A stretch of 64,000 nt of DNA. It comes from Anthoceros angustus (taxonomy: Eukaryota > Plantae > Anthocerotophyta). The stretch covers positions 124,001 through 188,000 of the forward strand of contig VJWM01000178.1 in the NCBI GenBank assembly GCA_010909165.1. Direction: 5' to 3'. The position numbers and the translations under genes were made by a program. The notes beneath the pieces were generated by a model. It did not search any database, was not told the origin of the DNA, and worked only from the letters and a program-made list of their open reading frames with translations. Positions 25,495 through 38,530 of this stretch are shown here, in pieces. Within the stretch, counting starts at the first letter, position 1, and each line of letters starts with the position of its first letter.

Positions 25495-26175
25495 CTACAT
25501 GTGAAAGGATGCAACAATATATAAGCAACGAACAGTGTGAGCAGGCCTGGGTGCGCATACCAACCTTCCTCTTCCAGAGTCACGGAAATACTATACATGG
25601 GCCAGGGGAGGGGACCTTCAGATGGTTGGATTCCTCTCTTGCTCAGTAAAACCTAAAACAGCGCCTCCACCAGGAACAGCAACCATTCCATACTCCACAC
25701 GACGAGTGAGCTGGGAAACTGCTTTCTTGGCGCGCCCACAATTCTGCCGGAGAGTTTCCCTGAGTCTCGACTGCGGACTCTCTCCCTGTCCGTCTGCGGG
25801 CTTGTCTTTGGGCTTCGGCGCTGCAGGCATAGGCAGATGGTAGCAAGACTGAGGGCTGCTAAACAGATTTAAACCAACCCACAATCTACTTGCAGCCTGG
25901 ACGCGGGCGGCAGACTCAGACACCACCACCAAGCATTCACAAGCACGTGACTCAACATTTGGTGCCTCAACTCAAGTTGCTAGCAGGTACAAGCGCCAAC
26001 ATTGGAATTTGGATGCAGCGAGTGAGAGAGTGTGTGGTGAGAGGGAGAGAGAGAAGTGCTGGATGTGCTGCCACGCGGCTGTTGCTGAAGGGAATGAGAA
26101 AGATGTTCCCCACTTGACACGAATTATAAACTCTCCACCGTGTGAGCCACTTTTGGTCGGTGATTTGTTAGCTAC

Positions 26176-26970
26176 AGTATCGAGAACAATGGAGACTTTA
26201 GTATCGAGAACAATGGAGACTTTAGTATGAGAACAATGGAGACTTTATTAAAAAGACGAGATGGAAACCATCTACCCCCGAACCGAGGGGGACAACCACT
26301 AAAGGGCCAAGAGCCAGGGGCCTAGCCCCCACAAATGCCAACCCCCAAGCTATTTATCGCCCGGATTATATCGTGATCTCCAATTGGTGTCGATGATGTC
26401 ACGTCTCCTGCGTTCGTTGTCGTTCTGTAAATAACGATGGATACCACTGTGGAAAGAAAGCCACCACCGAGTAGGGCCATAGATATCCATTGTGGAAGAA
26501 AGCCACCACGGAGGAAAGAGGGAGACCCACCCCAGAAAGCCACCATCGAGGAAAGAGGGAGATCCATCCCAAAAACCCACCATGGAAGAAAGAGGGAGAC
26601 CCACCCCATCGAGGAAAGAGGGAGACCCACCTCGTTCCTACGATTGTGATGGGTGTAAGAGGAAAGAGGGAGACCCACCTCGTTCCTACGACTGTGATGG
26701 GCTTACACCCACGTTCCTACGACTGTGATGGGCTTACACCCACGTTCCTACGACTGTGATGGGCTTGCACCCACCCGGTTCCCACGACCGTGATAGGCTT
26801 ACAATATGCACAATCCTATTATAGAATTCACAAGTTCATCTCAAGTGTATTATTCACAAGTTCTTCTAAAGTGTATTATTCGTAAGTTCATCTAAAGTGT
26901 ATTATATAGGCTTACAGTATCTCCAGTCCTACTCCAGGATTCACTAGGTCATCCAAAGTGTATTATAGTT
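26176..26970. repeat. Composite minisatellite block (24-bp x3; gaggaaagagggagacccacc core x~6; 31-bp x~4-5; 26-bp x~4)
   Basis: Units agtatcgagaacaatggagacttt, cgttcctacgactgtgatgggcttacaccca and attcacaagttcatctcaagtgtatt. Confidence 0.85.
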
Positions 26971-27415
26971 AACCTGTACAGTGCAGACTCTTTCACAAAT
27001 CCAAAGATTCACTGATTCCGCAAGAGAAAATTCTCTGATTTCACAAAAAACTACCAATCAAAGTCTTTACAAATAACGGCACGCGCGGTGTCGCTCGTTC
27101 ACAGTAAATGTACCAACAGGTTGAACTTGTTGGATGCAGCTTGCAGGACGACGTACAGAATTCATCGCTTACAAGAGTCGGATGTCACATAACCAACCCT
27201 CCTCCGACAAGTTGACTTGTTGTTAAAGTAAATAACTAGCTATGCACCGATGTTCTGGCTCCTCAGATGTCAGACACAAAGGGAGATGGGTACAATGAAG
27301 CTCGAGACCAACCCTTTGTCTGAGCGCTCCAGCGCAGACTATCTTCAAATACACCATCCAGTCAACTGGGGCTATATGTACAGTTGGTTAGCAGGACGGT
27401 AACGGCTACCTTATC

Positions 27416-30400
27416 TCATACCATGGTCCAGTCTCCTTCCGGCGGGGAAGGCCTTTTTTCTTCGGGAGAGGTCCTTCGGCTCGGAATCTTGTCGAAAAGC
27501 GAAGTCCTGCCCTCAAAGAGCCTGGTGAATATGTTTCCAGAATCACCTTTGAACATCTGACGCCTCAATATAGCTTTCGGGCTCTCGTTTGCATATTCTG
27601 GACTGCAGTCACCAGAACCGTCGCTTCGCTCAGGTTCTTTCCAATCCACCAGATCTTCTGGTGGCAGTTGCATAGCAGTTTGCATGACCTCATACGCCTG
27701 CCAGAAAAGCCAAGATGAATGCTCTATGATTCGGAACAAAACATTTCTGATCAGCAGTGTAAACCACCCTACCTCACATAGATGCTCCAACTTTTGGGCA
27801 CTCATTCCTCTGCCGCACGTCGACATGATGTACTCTGTGCACTGTCTTAAGCATCTGGATAGAGGCTCCCGCTTTGCACTTGGTGAAGCCTCGGCAATGG
27901 CAAAACCAGCACTCAACTGACGGACAACCCGGGATAACTTGTTAGCAGCGCGTGGCTCCTTCAATCAAGCAATTTCTTGAATAAAACTGCATCAATGGAG
28001 AGAAAAGGAAAGACACCATACTGCTGCTGTGAAAAGTTGTTCAAAAAGATCTGATGGGGCAACATCGGCCAGGAAATCCAAGGTACTTTCTCTGCAAAGG
28101 CCAATTTCTCCGTCAGCTCCTTTCTCACCAACAGGAATGATAGAAGTGGAGAAACGGTGCTATCAATTATGCAAAAAACACTACCCAACGACAAAATTAT
28201 ACCCTGCAAGTTCTTCATCAAACAGGGGTGCTTGCTTAACAGCAGGAACCGGTTTTGCCGAAGCCCACAACTCCTGCCACAAATTCCCTGAACAACATAA
28301 CATACAAGGGGGCTTAAGTGTTGGTTGATTGAACATGTTGCCACGTGAGGCCAACTGCTTTACAGACGTGTACCCTTTACCTTGACATTGCATCCTCGCA
28401 CTCAGGTAGCCTCGCACTGCAAGCTCATCTCCACCTTGAGTATCGTGGGCAATACCAGACCCAGGCTCCTCTCGCCAATCTAGAGGAGAATACCAACGCA
28501 CAAAATCCTCCAAAATACAACCGGGATTGGCTGCCTGGGAAAATAAATGAATTACAGATGTCAATACATGACTGAGGAGTCATAAAACTGCAGCATTGTC
28601 CCATAAACCGAGTCAAAGTGACTGATGGCCCCATACCTGAAATGCTTGCATGTCAGAGAAAAGCTGTGAACAGCCTGCACCAACACTGCAACATTTGCCA
28701 ATTGGTGACAATTAGAACACTGAAATACCGGATCTGCAGGGATGCAGTGCTTCAAAACCTCCAAGCTAACTAGATTTGGGTCCCTACTGAACGAACCTTC
28801 TTGTTCTCAAAACAAGTTCCTCTGTCTCTCTAAGCAAGTCCTCTGTGAGTACAGCAGCTTCCTACAAAATTGAACAAATTATCCACTGAACACGTTATTC
28901 GAAGCAGATCCCAGAGGGAACATCAAATAGGGCACTACCAGATGGCATGTACTTGGATTATTTACCTGAGTGATGGGAGAATACACAAGTTCCTTTGTTT
29001 CAAGCATTCTAAGATCACCAGCTGGTCTATCAATTCCAAGCCTCAGGACAAGTTCGCCAGTTTTGAGCTTTGCATAAAGTGCCGGCACCGGAGGAGGAGA
29101 GACGTGTTTGTGATCCCTCTCGACAGACTCTGTTTCTAGAGAAGAACCCTTATCAGCCAGTCGTAATTCCATGCCAAATTGGGAGTCATTAAGAGACTCC
29201 AAGGCATCCAGAGTCTCAGCCCTCCGCTGGCGCCTTGCAATACAGCAGTTGATAAGTTGAAGTTGTTGATGAAGCAGACAGTAGTGCAGATTTGGATTTC
29301 TATCCACAGGCATGCGTGAAATTGGCAATCCTTCCTCCCAGCGTCGCCTTAGCTGCACAGCACTTTGTGTACTTCAATCCCAGGACGCTGCCTGGTAGCC
29401 ATAACATACAACCTTAAAAGGTGTGGCACGAACCTCCTTGACCACTTCTAGCCAGAACTCTGCCATTTTTTGCTCAGTCTTGATTCCAGCCATTATTTCT
29501 GCAAGCTGAGCAACAAAACTCTCTGGAGGAGCCCCATGGATTTCCTCTGCAAGTCTTGGTCGTGTATCACGAGTAACAGCCTTTTCCTCATACTGTGTAT
29601 CTGTAGGAGTAGAATCATTCTCCCAATATCACCCCATCTGAGCTACCTTTGTTAAACATGTGTGGAAAAGGAAAAAGAAGGAAAAGAAAAACCAGAACAA
29701 CTGAACCCACCTGCTTCAAATAGAGACCAAAGCAGTGAATTATAGTCGCCGGCAACCCCCATCTTGCTTTTGGGTTTTCTAAAGCCAGCCATCAAACTTG
29801 ACCAGTCTCCACTTTGAGAAGCATCCTTTTCTGCCCTTCCCAGCGTCACTAATTCTTGCATGCTCTTGACTGTCTTTCCAGTCCTGCATGTGCAGAAACA
29901 TAATGGAAGATGGTAAATAATAACACATGCGAGTTGACACTCGTCCCCACAGTCGATTACTTGAGCTGAAAAAGTCAGAACTACAAGGAAGGTACGCACT
30001 CAATAGCTGCTGCCAGCCTCCGAACAATCATGGAAGGAGGAATAGCTGTCACAGAGAACGCTTTCTTATAAGCTTCTTCTTCTGCAGGATCCTTCCTAGG
30101 ACTCTGAAACCAGGCAGGGATAAAATCTCCACAGTAAGTCATGAAGCCCCTTGCAAACACAAGGGTGGGAAACAGACATCATGCAACAGTCAGCCATCAG
30201 GTAAAAGGAGGTCACCACACTTACGTCGGGTTCCACATCAGATGGCTCTTGACCAGTTCTCTGGTCAACATTTGATATAGCGGCATCTGAACCCGTCTCG
30301 TAATCCATGTCGTACACTTCCTGCTTGATGTGCTTCACAGCAATAAAATACCGCCTCCAGAACTCTTGCTCCTTCATCTTCTTGGGTACATATTGGAACC

Positions 30401-31380
30401 GCAAATTTCGTAAGTTCTCATCATACTGGAAGCACAGCACAGAACAGCACAACACAAGTTAAAAGAACAGAGCCAGTACAACCTGGGAAAAAGCTCGAAC
30501 AAATCCCAACCTTTGACTACTAAATAGTTCTTCCAGTTGTACAGTGTGACCATATGAGAATTCACCTCGAGAATGGCTCCGGCAGATTGCATGTCTGCAC
30601 GCACATCCGCAGCCTCGCCGTACTCCTTGAGCAGGTACTCTTCCGGCCGCTGCACGCCCGTTCAGGACCACAAAATGGAGCTCAAGCAAGGCAGAGAGCA
30701 GTAACAAACAGCTCAACACAAGCCCTGCCAACTCGTCCACGAGCAAGAGGAGCGGATCGACGGCTGCTCTGACCTCAGCAATCTCCAGTATTCGAACACG
30801 CAGCTCAGCCTCATGCCGCTTCTCATGCTCATTCTTCCCGACCCAGGGCAAGTCACCGACAGGATCCGAACCTGCAGAACGCGCAAAGCGGCCACAAGCC
30901 ACAGCACATAGGTCACGAACACGCACGCGAGACCCAATTTTACATCTTCCCTTCCGAACTCCAGTCACAGACTTAAAGCCTCGGCTGGCTCAGATCAGCT
31001 GCCCCAACATTCCTGCTGCGAATTCTCGCCTTTCCCTACAGCGAGCCAGGAATAGCATCGTTATGCAGAAATAGCACGCATAATTACCTCGGAAGAGCGT
31101 GGGATAGTTGGGGCTCAAAGGGCTCAAAGGCCGAGACAGCTCCGCTTTCAAATCCGCCTTGATCTCCGTCAGAACACGCTCCGCCTTGGCAGCTGCTGCC
31201 TGGAAGGCTGCAATCCCAGGAAACGCGCGAGATGAGGCAAGTAGGCAACACAACACTACAAGGCCCCACCTTCACCCGGCAAGACCGAATTCACTCCAGG
31301 ACAGAGGCTGCATCACGCAATGCAGATCCCTCGCTCGCGATCTTACCTATCCTAGCCTTGAAGACCAACGACAGGTCCAT
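27416..31380 (-). CDS. RAB3GAP1: Rab3 GTPase-activating protein catalytic subunit homolog with an internal BSD domain, multi-exon
   Basis: N-terminus MDLSLVFKARI|AFQAAAAKAERVLTE, then LHYCLLHQQLQLINCC, LETKELVYSPITQ, AANPGCILEDFVRWYSPLDW and WQELWASAKPVPAVKQAPLFDEELA. BSD motif at 30.3-30.86 kb. Exon 3 was not resolved. Confidence 0.88.
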
Positions 31381-31685
31381 GGATCGCCGCTTCCAGGCGC
31401 ACAGAACAGAGCTCCAGCAACCCCAAGCTGGGGAATAGGTTCACGCGCAGGGAAACGCAGAGGAATTAGGCGCATATTAAGGCGAAACGACGCGCGATAC
31501 CGAGAGAATTATTAGCCGAGCTCAGGCCGACTAGACGAGGGGAAGCGAGAAGCACATCCCCGCCGGTGCACCATCCGCCCCGAAGCACGCCAAGCTGCCT
31601 TGTTGCGACTCCGCCGGCAGCATGGAACCATCAAGGGATCCAGATCACGCGGCGAGCGCCGGAGGCAGGCAGCGGCAGGCAGCGG

Positions 31686-34460
31686 CAGGAGGAAGCGAAG
31701 GGGAGTCTGGTACGGAATTGAGCAGGCCGGGAGCGAGGGGGAATGCGGGAGGGAAACCCGACTGGTGCTGGGCCTGGCGCGGCAGGTGCGCGGGCGCGGC
31801 TCCGGCGGCGACGCTGCGTCTTGGTTGGTGGCCAGCCAGGCCAGAGCGATGGCCGGAGAGCGGGACCGATGGCGTGCTGGGCCTGGCGTGCGTGCGCGCG
31901 GCGCAGCGGCAAGGGCAGGGCAAGGATGGTGAGGAATGGATCAGGGAAGCATGTGAAGCATTGCGGCGGGACGGGCGAGGCGGAGCAGAGGCGAGAGGAC
32001 GATGGTGCCGCCGGCAACATGTGCGGTGAGAGGAGACAGGGCCGACGTGGAGCGACAGCGTGGCGGGCGGGCCAGGTCAGCACGACCCCGGGCCGGTATT
32101 GGCCCACGCTCACAAAAATCAGCCGACCCGGACCGGGCTGCCACATTTTTGGCGCCGCGCGGGCCCCGCCAATCATTCCGCCCACCTCCGTCCAGCGACG
32201 ATGCATATCGCAAACGGCAGAACGGCGATCGGCAGCTCGAGGCCCGTTCGGCGTTCCCGTCCATGCGGGTCTCTCGGCCTGCGAGCCCGTCCAGGAGGCC
32301 ACCACGTGCCGGTGCGGGTCCTGGTTCATGTTGGAAGTCACCGAATGTGGAATTTCCAGCGCCGATTGCTCGGGCAGCAAAGCAATGGACGGAGTCTTGT
32401 TCAGCAGCATCAGGGCACAACACAGTGTGACGCAATACATGGGCCCGGTGAATACGTCACTCTGAGTCCCCGGCATCATCAGTCTCGAGAGAGCTTCTTG
32501 AAAACTGGACAAGAAGCTTGTTCACCTGCTCAGGCGCCTCCTCTTGCATGAAATGGCCAGCTGGGACGGTGACGACGGCTTCCAGGCTCGGGACGTCCTT
32601 CCGCAGCAGGTCCAACTTGGAATCCAAGCCAGGCGGGAAGATTCTCAGTGTGTAGTCCGTCTCTCCCAGGACGTACAAGGCTGGGGTTGTAATTAGCTTG
32701 CCCTCCAATGCCGCTTGAAGCTCCCGGTTTCTGCCATGGCGATAACTGTCAGCGATGTCGACAGCGGAGACAAGGTGGGAAAGAAAGCGTGAGCTCACGG
32801 TAGCCGTATGTTGTTGTAGCGGACCTAGCACGGTTGATGTAAGTGAAGCAGAGGATCGGAGAAGCCGGACTTTTCGAAATGCTGGACGTAAACATTGATG
32901 TCCTCGCTCGACAGGAAGGATGGGATCTTGTCGGAAGGCTTCACGATGTCCATGATCTCCTCCTTCCGAGGCTACCTGCAACTCAGATCTGCAGAAGAGC
33001 TTGTAGATGTTGGTGAAGACCGTCCTCACGTCGAAGCGTGCGAAGTCAGCCTCCGCCCTCCTCTTGCTGCGCAGCTGGGAGGAGGAAGCGAAGGGGTCTG
33101 GTACGGAATTGAGCAGGCCGGGAGCGAGGGGAATGCGGGAAACCCGACTGGTGCTGGGCCTGGCGCGGCAGGTGCGCGGGCGCGGCTCCGGCGGCGACGC
33201 TGCGTCTTGGTTGGTGGCCAGCCAGGCCAGAGCGATGGCCGGAGAGCGGGACCGATGGCGTGCTGGGCCTGGCGTGCGTGCGCGCGGCAAGGGCAGGGCA
33301 AGGATGGTGAGGAATGGATCAGGAAGCATGTGAAGCATTGCGGCGGGACGGGCGAGGCGGAGCAGAGGCGAGGACGATGGTGCCGCCGGCAACATGTGCG
33401 GTGAGAGGAGACGGGGCCGACGTGGAGCGACAGCGTGGCGGGCGGGCCAGGTCAGCACGACCCCGGGCCGGTATTGGCCCACGCTCACAAAAATCAGCCG
33501 ACCCGGACCGGGCTGCCACATTTTTGGCGCCGCGGGCCCCGCCAATCATTCCGCCCACCTCCGTCCAGCGACGATGCATATCGCAAACGGCAGAACGGCG
33601 ATCGGCAGCTCGAGGCCCGTTCGGCGTTCCCGTCCATGCAGGTCTCTCGGCCTGCAGCCCGTCCAGGAGGCCACCACCACGTGCCGGTGCGGGTCCTGGT
33701 TCATGTTGGAAGTCACCGAATGTGGAATTTCCAGCGCCGATTGCTCGGGCAGCAAAGCAATGGACGGAGTCTTGTTCAGCAGCATCAGGGCACAACACAG
33801 TGTGACGCAATACATGGGCCCGGTGAATACGTCACTCTGAGTCCCCGGCATCATCAGTCTCGAGAGAGCTTCTTGAAAAACTGGACAAGAAGCTTGTTCA
33901 CCTGCTCGGGCGCCTCCTCTTGCATGAAATGGCCAGCTGGGACGGTGACGACGGCTTCCAGGCTCGGGACGTCCTTCCGCAGCAGGTCCAACTTGGAATC
34001 CAAGCCAGGCGGGAAGATTCTCAGTGTGTAGTCCGTCTCTCCCAGGACGTACAAGGCTGGGGTTGTAATTAGCTTGCCCTCCAATGCCGCTTGAAGCTCC
34101 CGGTTTCTGCCATGGCGATAACTGTCAGCGATGTCGACAGCGGAGACAAGGTGGGAAAGAAAGCGTGAGCTCACGGTAGCCGTATGTTGTTGTAGCGGAC
34201 CTAGCACGGTTGATGTAAGTGAAGCGGAGAGGATCGGAGAAGCCGGACTTTTCGAAATGCTGGACGTAAACATTGATGTCCTCGCTCGACAGGAAGGATG
34301 GGATCTTGTCGGAAGGCTTCACGATGTCCATGATCTCCTCCCCTTCCGAGGCTACCTGCAACTCAGATCTGCAGAAGAGCTTGTAGATGTTGGTGAAGAC
34401 CGTCCTCACGTCGAAGCGTGCGAAGTCAGCCTCCGCCCTCCCCTCTTGCTGCGCAGCACG
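31686..34460. repeat. Near-identical tandem duplication, ~1.39 kb period (31686-33078 and 33079-~34460)
   Basis: ggaggaagcgaagggg..tctggtacggaattgagcaggccgggagcgagggg occurs at 31688 and 33081. Both copies carry the 3' exons of the epoxide hydrolase. Confidence 0.93.
32479..33068 (-). pseudogene. Duplicated 3' half of the epoxide hydrolase
   Basis: AEADFARFDVRTVF..GHFMQEEAPEQVN is repeated without the 5' exons. Confidence 0.85.
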
Positions 34461-35238
34461 GGAGGAGGAGGGAAAGGGTTACGACTTACGACGACGATCT
34501 GCAGAGGGCAGAAGTTGGTTGCAAGGTGTCAGATTGCAATTGCGTGCACCGGGAAGAAGAAGGGGGAGGTACCGAAAAGCGGATGACATAGAAGCCCGCC
34601 GGTATGGCAGACTCAGAACCCGCCGCCATCGGGACGAGCTTCCGGCGGAAGAACGGGATGCCGAGAGATACATATCCTTTCACCAAATCCGGTCTGATCA
34701 AGCAAAGAGTGAATCCTACCTCGGCTCCCATGTCGTGAGCGGCCAGATAAACCTGGAATGGCCATCGGCAAGCCACGGCCAGCTGAGCTTCACGACGCTG
34801 GAAACGTGAGAGGCATTGAGTGAATTGTGTGGAAGAAAAGAGCGTTGCACCTGTGGCTGGCCGAGAGCCAATATGAGGCCGACCAGGTCACCAACAACCT
34901 CAATGACGGAGAGCTTGTCACTCCCGTGAAAGTTGCCGGTGAGCCCGAAGCCACGGAGATCCGGTGCAACTGCGTGGAAGCCTGCCTGGGCCAGGGCTGG
35001 GAGCTGGTGTCTCCAGGAATACCAGATTTCCGGGAAACCATGAAGCAGCAGCACCACCGGGCCTGCGTGCAACTGCTCAGTTCCCACAACTAAGCTGACT
35101 GGCAATTACAAAAGGACGGCATTGATGTGCCTGCGCCAAGAATGGGAGCTCACCGGAGCCCTGTTCGGCTATGTGGATGTTGGTGCCGTTCGCCAGCTGC
35201 ACGAACCGGTGCTTGTGCTGGTGAACCGGAGGCTCCAT
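33854..35238 (-). CDS. Soluble epoxide hydrolase (alpha/beta hydrolase)
   Basis: HIAEQGSG|PVVLLLHGFPEIWYSWRHQ..APDLRGFG, nucleophile region AHDMGA, and GHFMQEEAPEQVN. Confidence 0.93.
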
Positions 35239-35604
35239 GATCGAGCAGTTGTGAATCGGAGAATCGCTGTGAGCGAAGGGAGAATCTCTCACACAGACTG
35301 TACTCCGCTGAGAGTGTGAGTACTACAACACGATGGGGCGCCACGATTGTGTGTAATAAGCCTAAAATTTCATCGGAGTGGCGCTGCGATATTCGGAACA
35401 ATTTGGAACCAATAGTTGTTTCTTGTTGTTGAAAATTAATGAAACGAAGTCCTGTCTAATGGGCGACGTTCGCAGTAGTCTCGGATTTCCACGCTTGTAC
35501 GCAACTTTCAAAGACCCAACACCAACTCATTGTCGTCGGTGATCCTCGCAGCTCTGGCATCTTCTTTGCGATTCTTCTTCCCTGTTATTTGTCTTGCTCC
35601 GACA

Positions 35605-35775
35605 AGGGATTCCGTTCGCCTGCAGCCTGTGATGCAACGCACCTCTGTCATCTTCTGAGCACCAGGGATTCCGTTCGCCTGCAGCCTGTGATGCAACGCA
35701 CCTCTGTCATCTACTCAGCACCAGGGATTCCGTTCGCCTGCGGCCTGTGATGCAACGCAGCTCTGTCATCTTCTT
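35605..35775. repeat. 59-bp tandem repeat (~3 copies) just 3' of THG1
   Basis: agggattccgttcgcctgcagcctgtgatgcaacgcacctctgtcatc.. at 35605, 35664 and 35723. Confidence 0.9.
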
Positions 35776-35876
35776 TGCACATTATAACGCAACAGTCGTG
35801 AAGGGATTCTTGCTGTACTCGGTTGTTCGTCTTAGTTCCACCAGAGATTCCATTCGCCTGCGACTGTCCACGATTT

Positions 35877-37102
35877 CTATTTGGTTCCCAAAATGTGGGG
35901 GTTCTCATTCCAAAACTTGTCTTGAATGAGATCATTATGCTCGACCACCAGTGTCGTCTTGTGCGTTTCCCCTTCGTTCGATGTGAACACGTCCACGACC
36001 TGTCATGCACGCATATCAGGCTTCCGCTTCAAGCCGAGGCTGAGGAGAGAGCGCATGCAAGGCAGAGAAGAATTTCACCTTCCTGTGGACCATGGAACCC
36101 TTGCGGAAAATGAGGGGTAAGTTGTTGTAATTTACTCCGAACTCATTGAACAGGAGGTCATTTTTGAAGCTCGCTGACGTCCCCTGCCAAAGCAAGCAGG
36201 TCAGAGCCGGCAGCACATTTGTGCAGGAAAGGAAGGGAGACAACTCACCTTGATCGTCTCCTGTGCCTCAGCTCTGGACCTCCCCGATTGGACCAACAGC
36301 CAGTAGCAGGTGTTGTATTGGTTGTTAATATGACCTAAAACAGTAAGAACAACACATAGGTCCCCAAGCTCCAGCCCATCCAGCAATATGAGCTTCCGAT
36401 CAGGAATGAAGCAGAACCGCAGACGGCTTACAGTCAACCTGCCGCCAAGACAGGTAATCTCGAAGAATTGCATCCGAAGGGTAGCAGACGGCCCTTCCGT
36501 CAAAGGACGGGGCATACTGCAACGGCTTCTCCGGGAAAAACAAGGGCCATTTCAGCACGTAAGTGGCTGAAAACAGCGACACAACAAGGGACACCAGTTT
36601 GCTGTACGACAGAAAAAGCGTTAGGCATGTGCTATCATCGGAGTTGCAACACATAGAGATATCTCCGCTACCTGCTGCGCCGTTTGTAGAGTGTGCTGGA
36701 TTTCTTCAGCACGAAACTGCCACACAGGGACCTGTCAAGCTCAGCCGGGTGGAGGATGCGGAGAGCTCAAGCTTTGGTGTAGGGATAGGGACCTGTATTC
36801 ATCGCTTTCTCCGTATGCAAACACGAGGTCAGGCATCTCTTGGAGCACGCTCTTTGCGCACTCGTTCATGAGCTGCAACGCAGGCTCGTCGTTAGGCTTC
36901 TGAAATCCGTGCACATCGCTGAACCTGCAGAAGAGAAACACCTTCAGAGATGGCACTACACAGGTTACTCCACTTGAGAACACTGCAACGGGTCACACCT
37001 TGTGAAAGCATGCCCGTCGATTCGAATGACAACCCAAGTATGAGGTAGCAGTGAGTTGTTGTCCTCGAAGTCCTTCACATAAGCATACTTGCTCTTGGCC
37101 AT
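35877..37102 (-). CDS. THG1: tRNA(His) guanylyltransferase, single-domain, multi-exon
   Basis: MAKSKYAYVKDFE..VIRIDGHAFTR|FSDVHGFQKPND..AYGESDEY, FDGRAVCYPS, HINNQYNTCYW, FRKGS, and C-terminal HNDLIQDKFWNENPHIL. Confidence 0.95.
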
Positions 37103-37199
37103 CTCCACCCGCTTCTGCTCTTCCTCGGTCCTGACCCTGTTGCAGGCAAGCAGGGGGGAAGAGGCAGGCCACACAAGCCTCGGTTCCCTGCAAAAGACC

Positions 37200-37850
37200 T
37201 TGCGCTAAGGATCCTTGGAATCTGGTTCCTGCTGGGGATAGGCCTATTAGGTTTTTGTTCGACCCATTGAAGACAGAGAGCTTGTACAGCTTTGCCAACC
37301 CCTGTGGCAGGGACCCTGAAAGCTGGTTGTTAGAAAAATCCAAAAGTCTCCAGAGCGATCAGGTTTCCCAGGCTGGGAGGGATCGTTGCTTGACAGATTG
37401 AGGTACCGAAGACCCATCAGGGCTATATCCTGTGGAACACTGCCCTGCAGGTGGTTGTGAGATACGTATCTCCGAGTAGATAGTCCTGCTCAAGTTAGCG
37501 GCACTGCTGTGTCACTGAAATCCCTGTAGAGCTGCTATATCAGAAGTTGTTTCTCCTGAGAACAAAATTTCTGGAAAGGGCCAGGGCTTGCAGCTGACAC
37601 GGTGTGGTTATCCAGTCCGGAACAGGCCCTGAGAAACTTTTGTTGGATAGGGCAAACACCCGGAGAGCGGTGAGGTTGGGGATGGCCTCAGGGAAGGCCT
37701 CACTCAGAGCGTTGATCTGTACATCCAAGAGAATTAAGGACTGGCATTGAGCTAAGGAACTTGGGATACTACCGGACAGGAAGTTGTCACACGCTGAAAG
37801 TGCTACAAGCTGTGGACCACTTAGGCTGGCAATTACTGGACAGATCAAGA
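37200..37850 (-). pseudogene. Plant-type extracellular LRR gene fragment
   Basis: DNFLSGSIPSSLAQCQSLILLDV..NKSFSGPVPDW and DFSNNQLSGSLPQGLAKL, with stops and frameshifts. Confidence 0.8.
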
Positions 37851-37929
37851 TAGCTCATGCCCAAATTCCCCAGAGCAGGTGGGACAACGCCACTGAACTG
37901 GTTGTGAGACAAATCAGGAACACCGAAAT

Positions 37930-38530
37930 ATGGATGCAAAGATGGGCCTCATTTTGGCTGACCATATTAATTTTGCTTGCCTTCTGAAGGCCTTTAGAAG
38001 CACTGGCGCCTTACAGAAGGGCAGGCTGCACTCTCTGCTGGATGACGTAGTGGTGGGCACCTGCCTGGCGGACATGTATGCAAAATTTGGTGAACTGCAA
38101 GACTGCACGCCAGGTTTTTGATAGCGTGAACACAAAAATTGTGGTGACAAGGAATGCCCTGATATCTGGGTATGCACAGCAAGGGCTCGGACACGAGGCG
38201 CTTGGCGTGTAGGGAATTAATGGAGCAGGAGGTGCTGATTTTAGATAACCTTGTTACCTTTCCTTGCCTTCTGAAGGCCTGTACAGTTTGTTTTGCCTGC
38301 CGCACTGACGGATTTGTCGAAAGAGGACTGCTGGATGACGTAGTGGTGGGTACCTGCCTGGTGGACATGTATGTACAATGTGCTGAACTGGAAGATACAC
38401 GCCAGGTTTTTGACAGCATGAATGTGGTGACATGGACAGCGCTGATTGCTGGGTATGCAAAGCAAGGACTCGGCGAAGAGGCGCCTGTTGTGTATGGAGA
38501 AGTGGAAGAGGCGGGCCTCGTTCTACGGAG
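37930..38530 (+). pseudogene. PLS-class PPR gene fragment
   Basis: VTFPCLLKAC, DDVVVGTCLVDMYVQC, VFDSMNVVTWTALIAGYAKQG, interrupted by frameshifts. Confidence 0.85.

Noticed and set aside
31622-34031. Many long overlapping GC-rich ORFs
   Set aside because: Explained by high GC and the tandem duplication. Only the epoxide hydrolase frames carry family motifs.
35605-35775. 59-bp repeats (and the 29-bp array at 60552) as CRISPR arrays
   Set aside because: Head-to-tail repeats without unique spacers, no cas genes, eukaryotic context.
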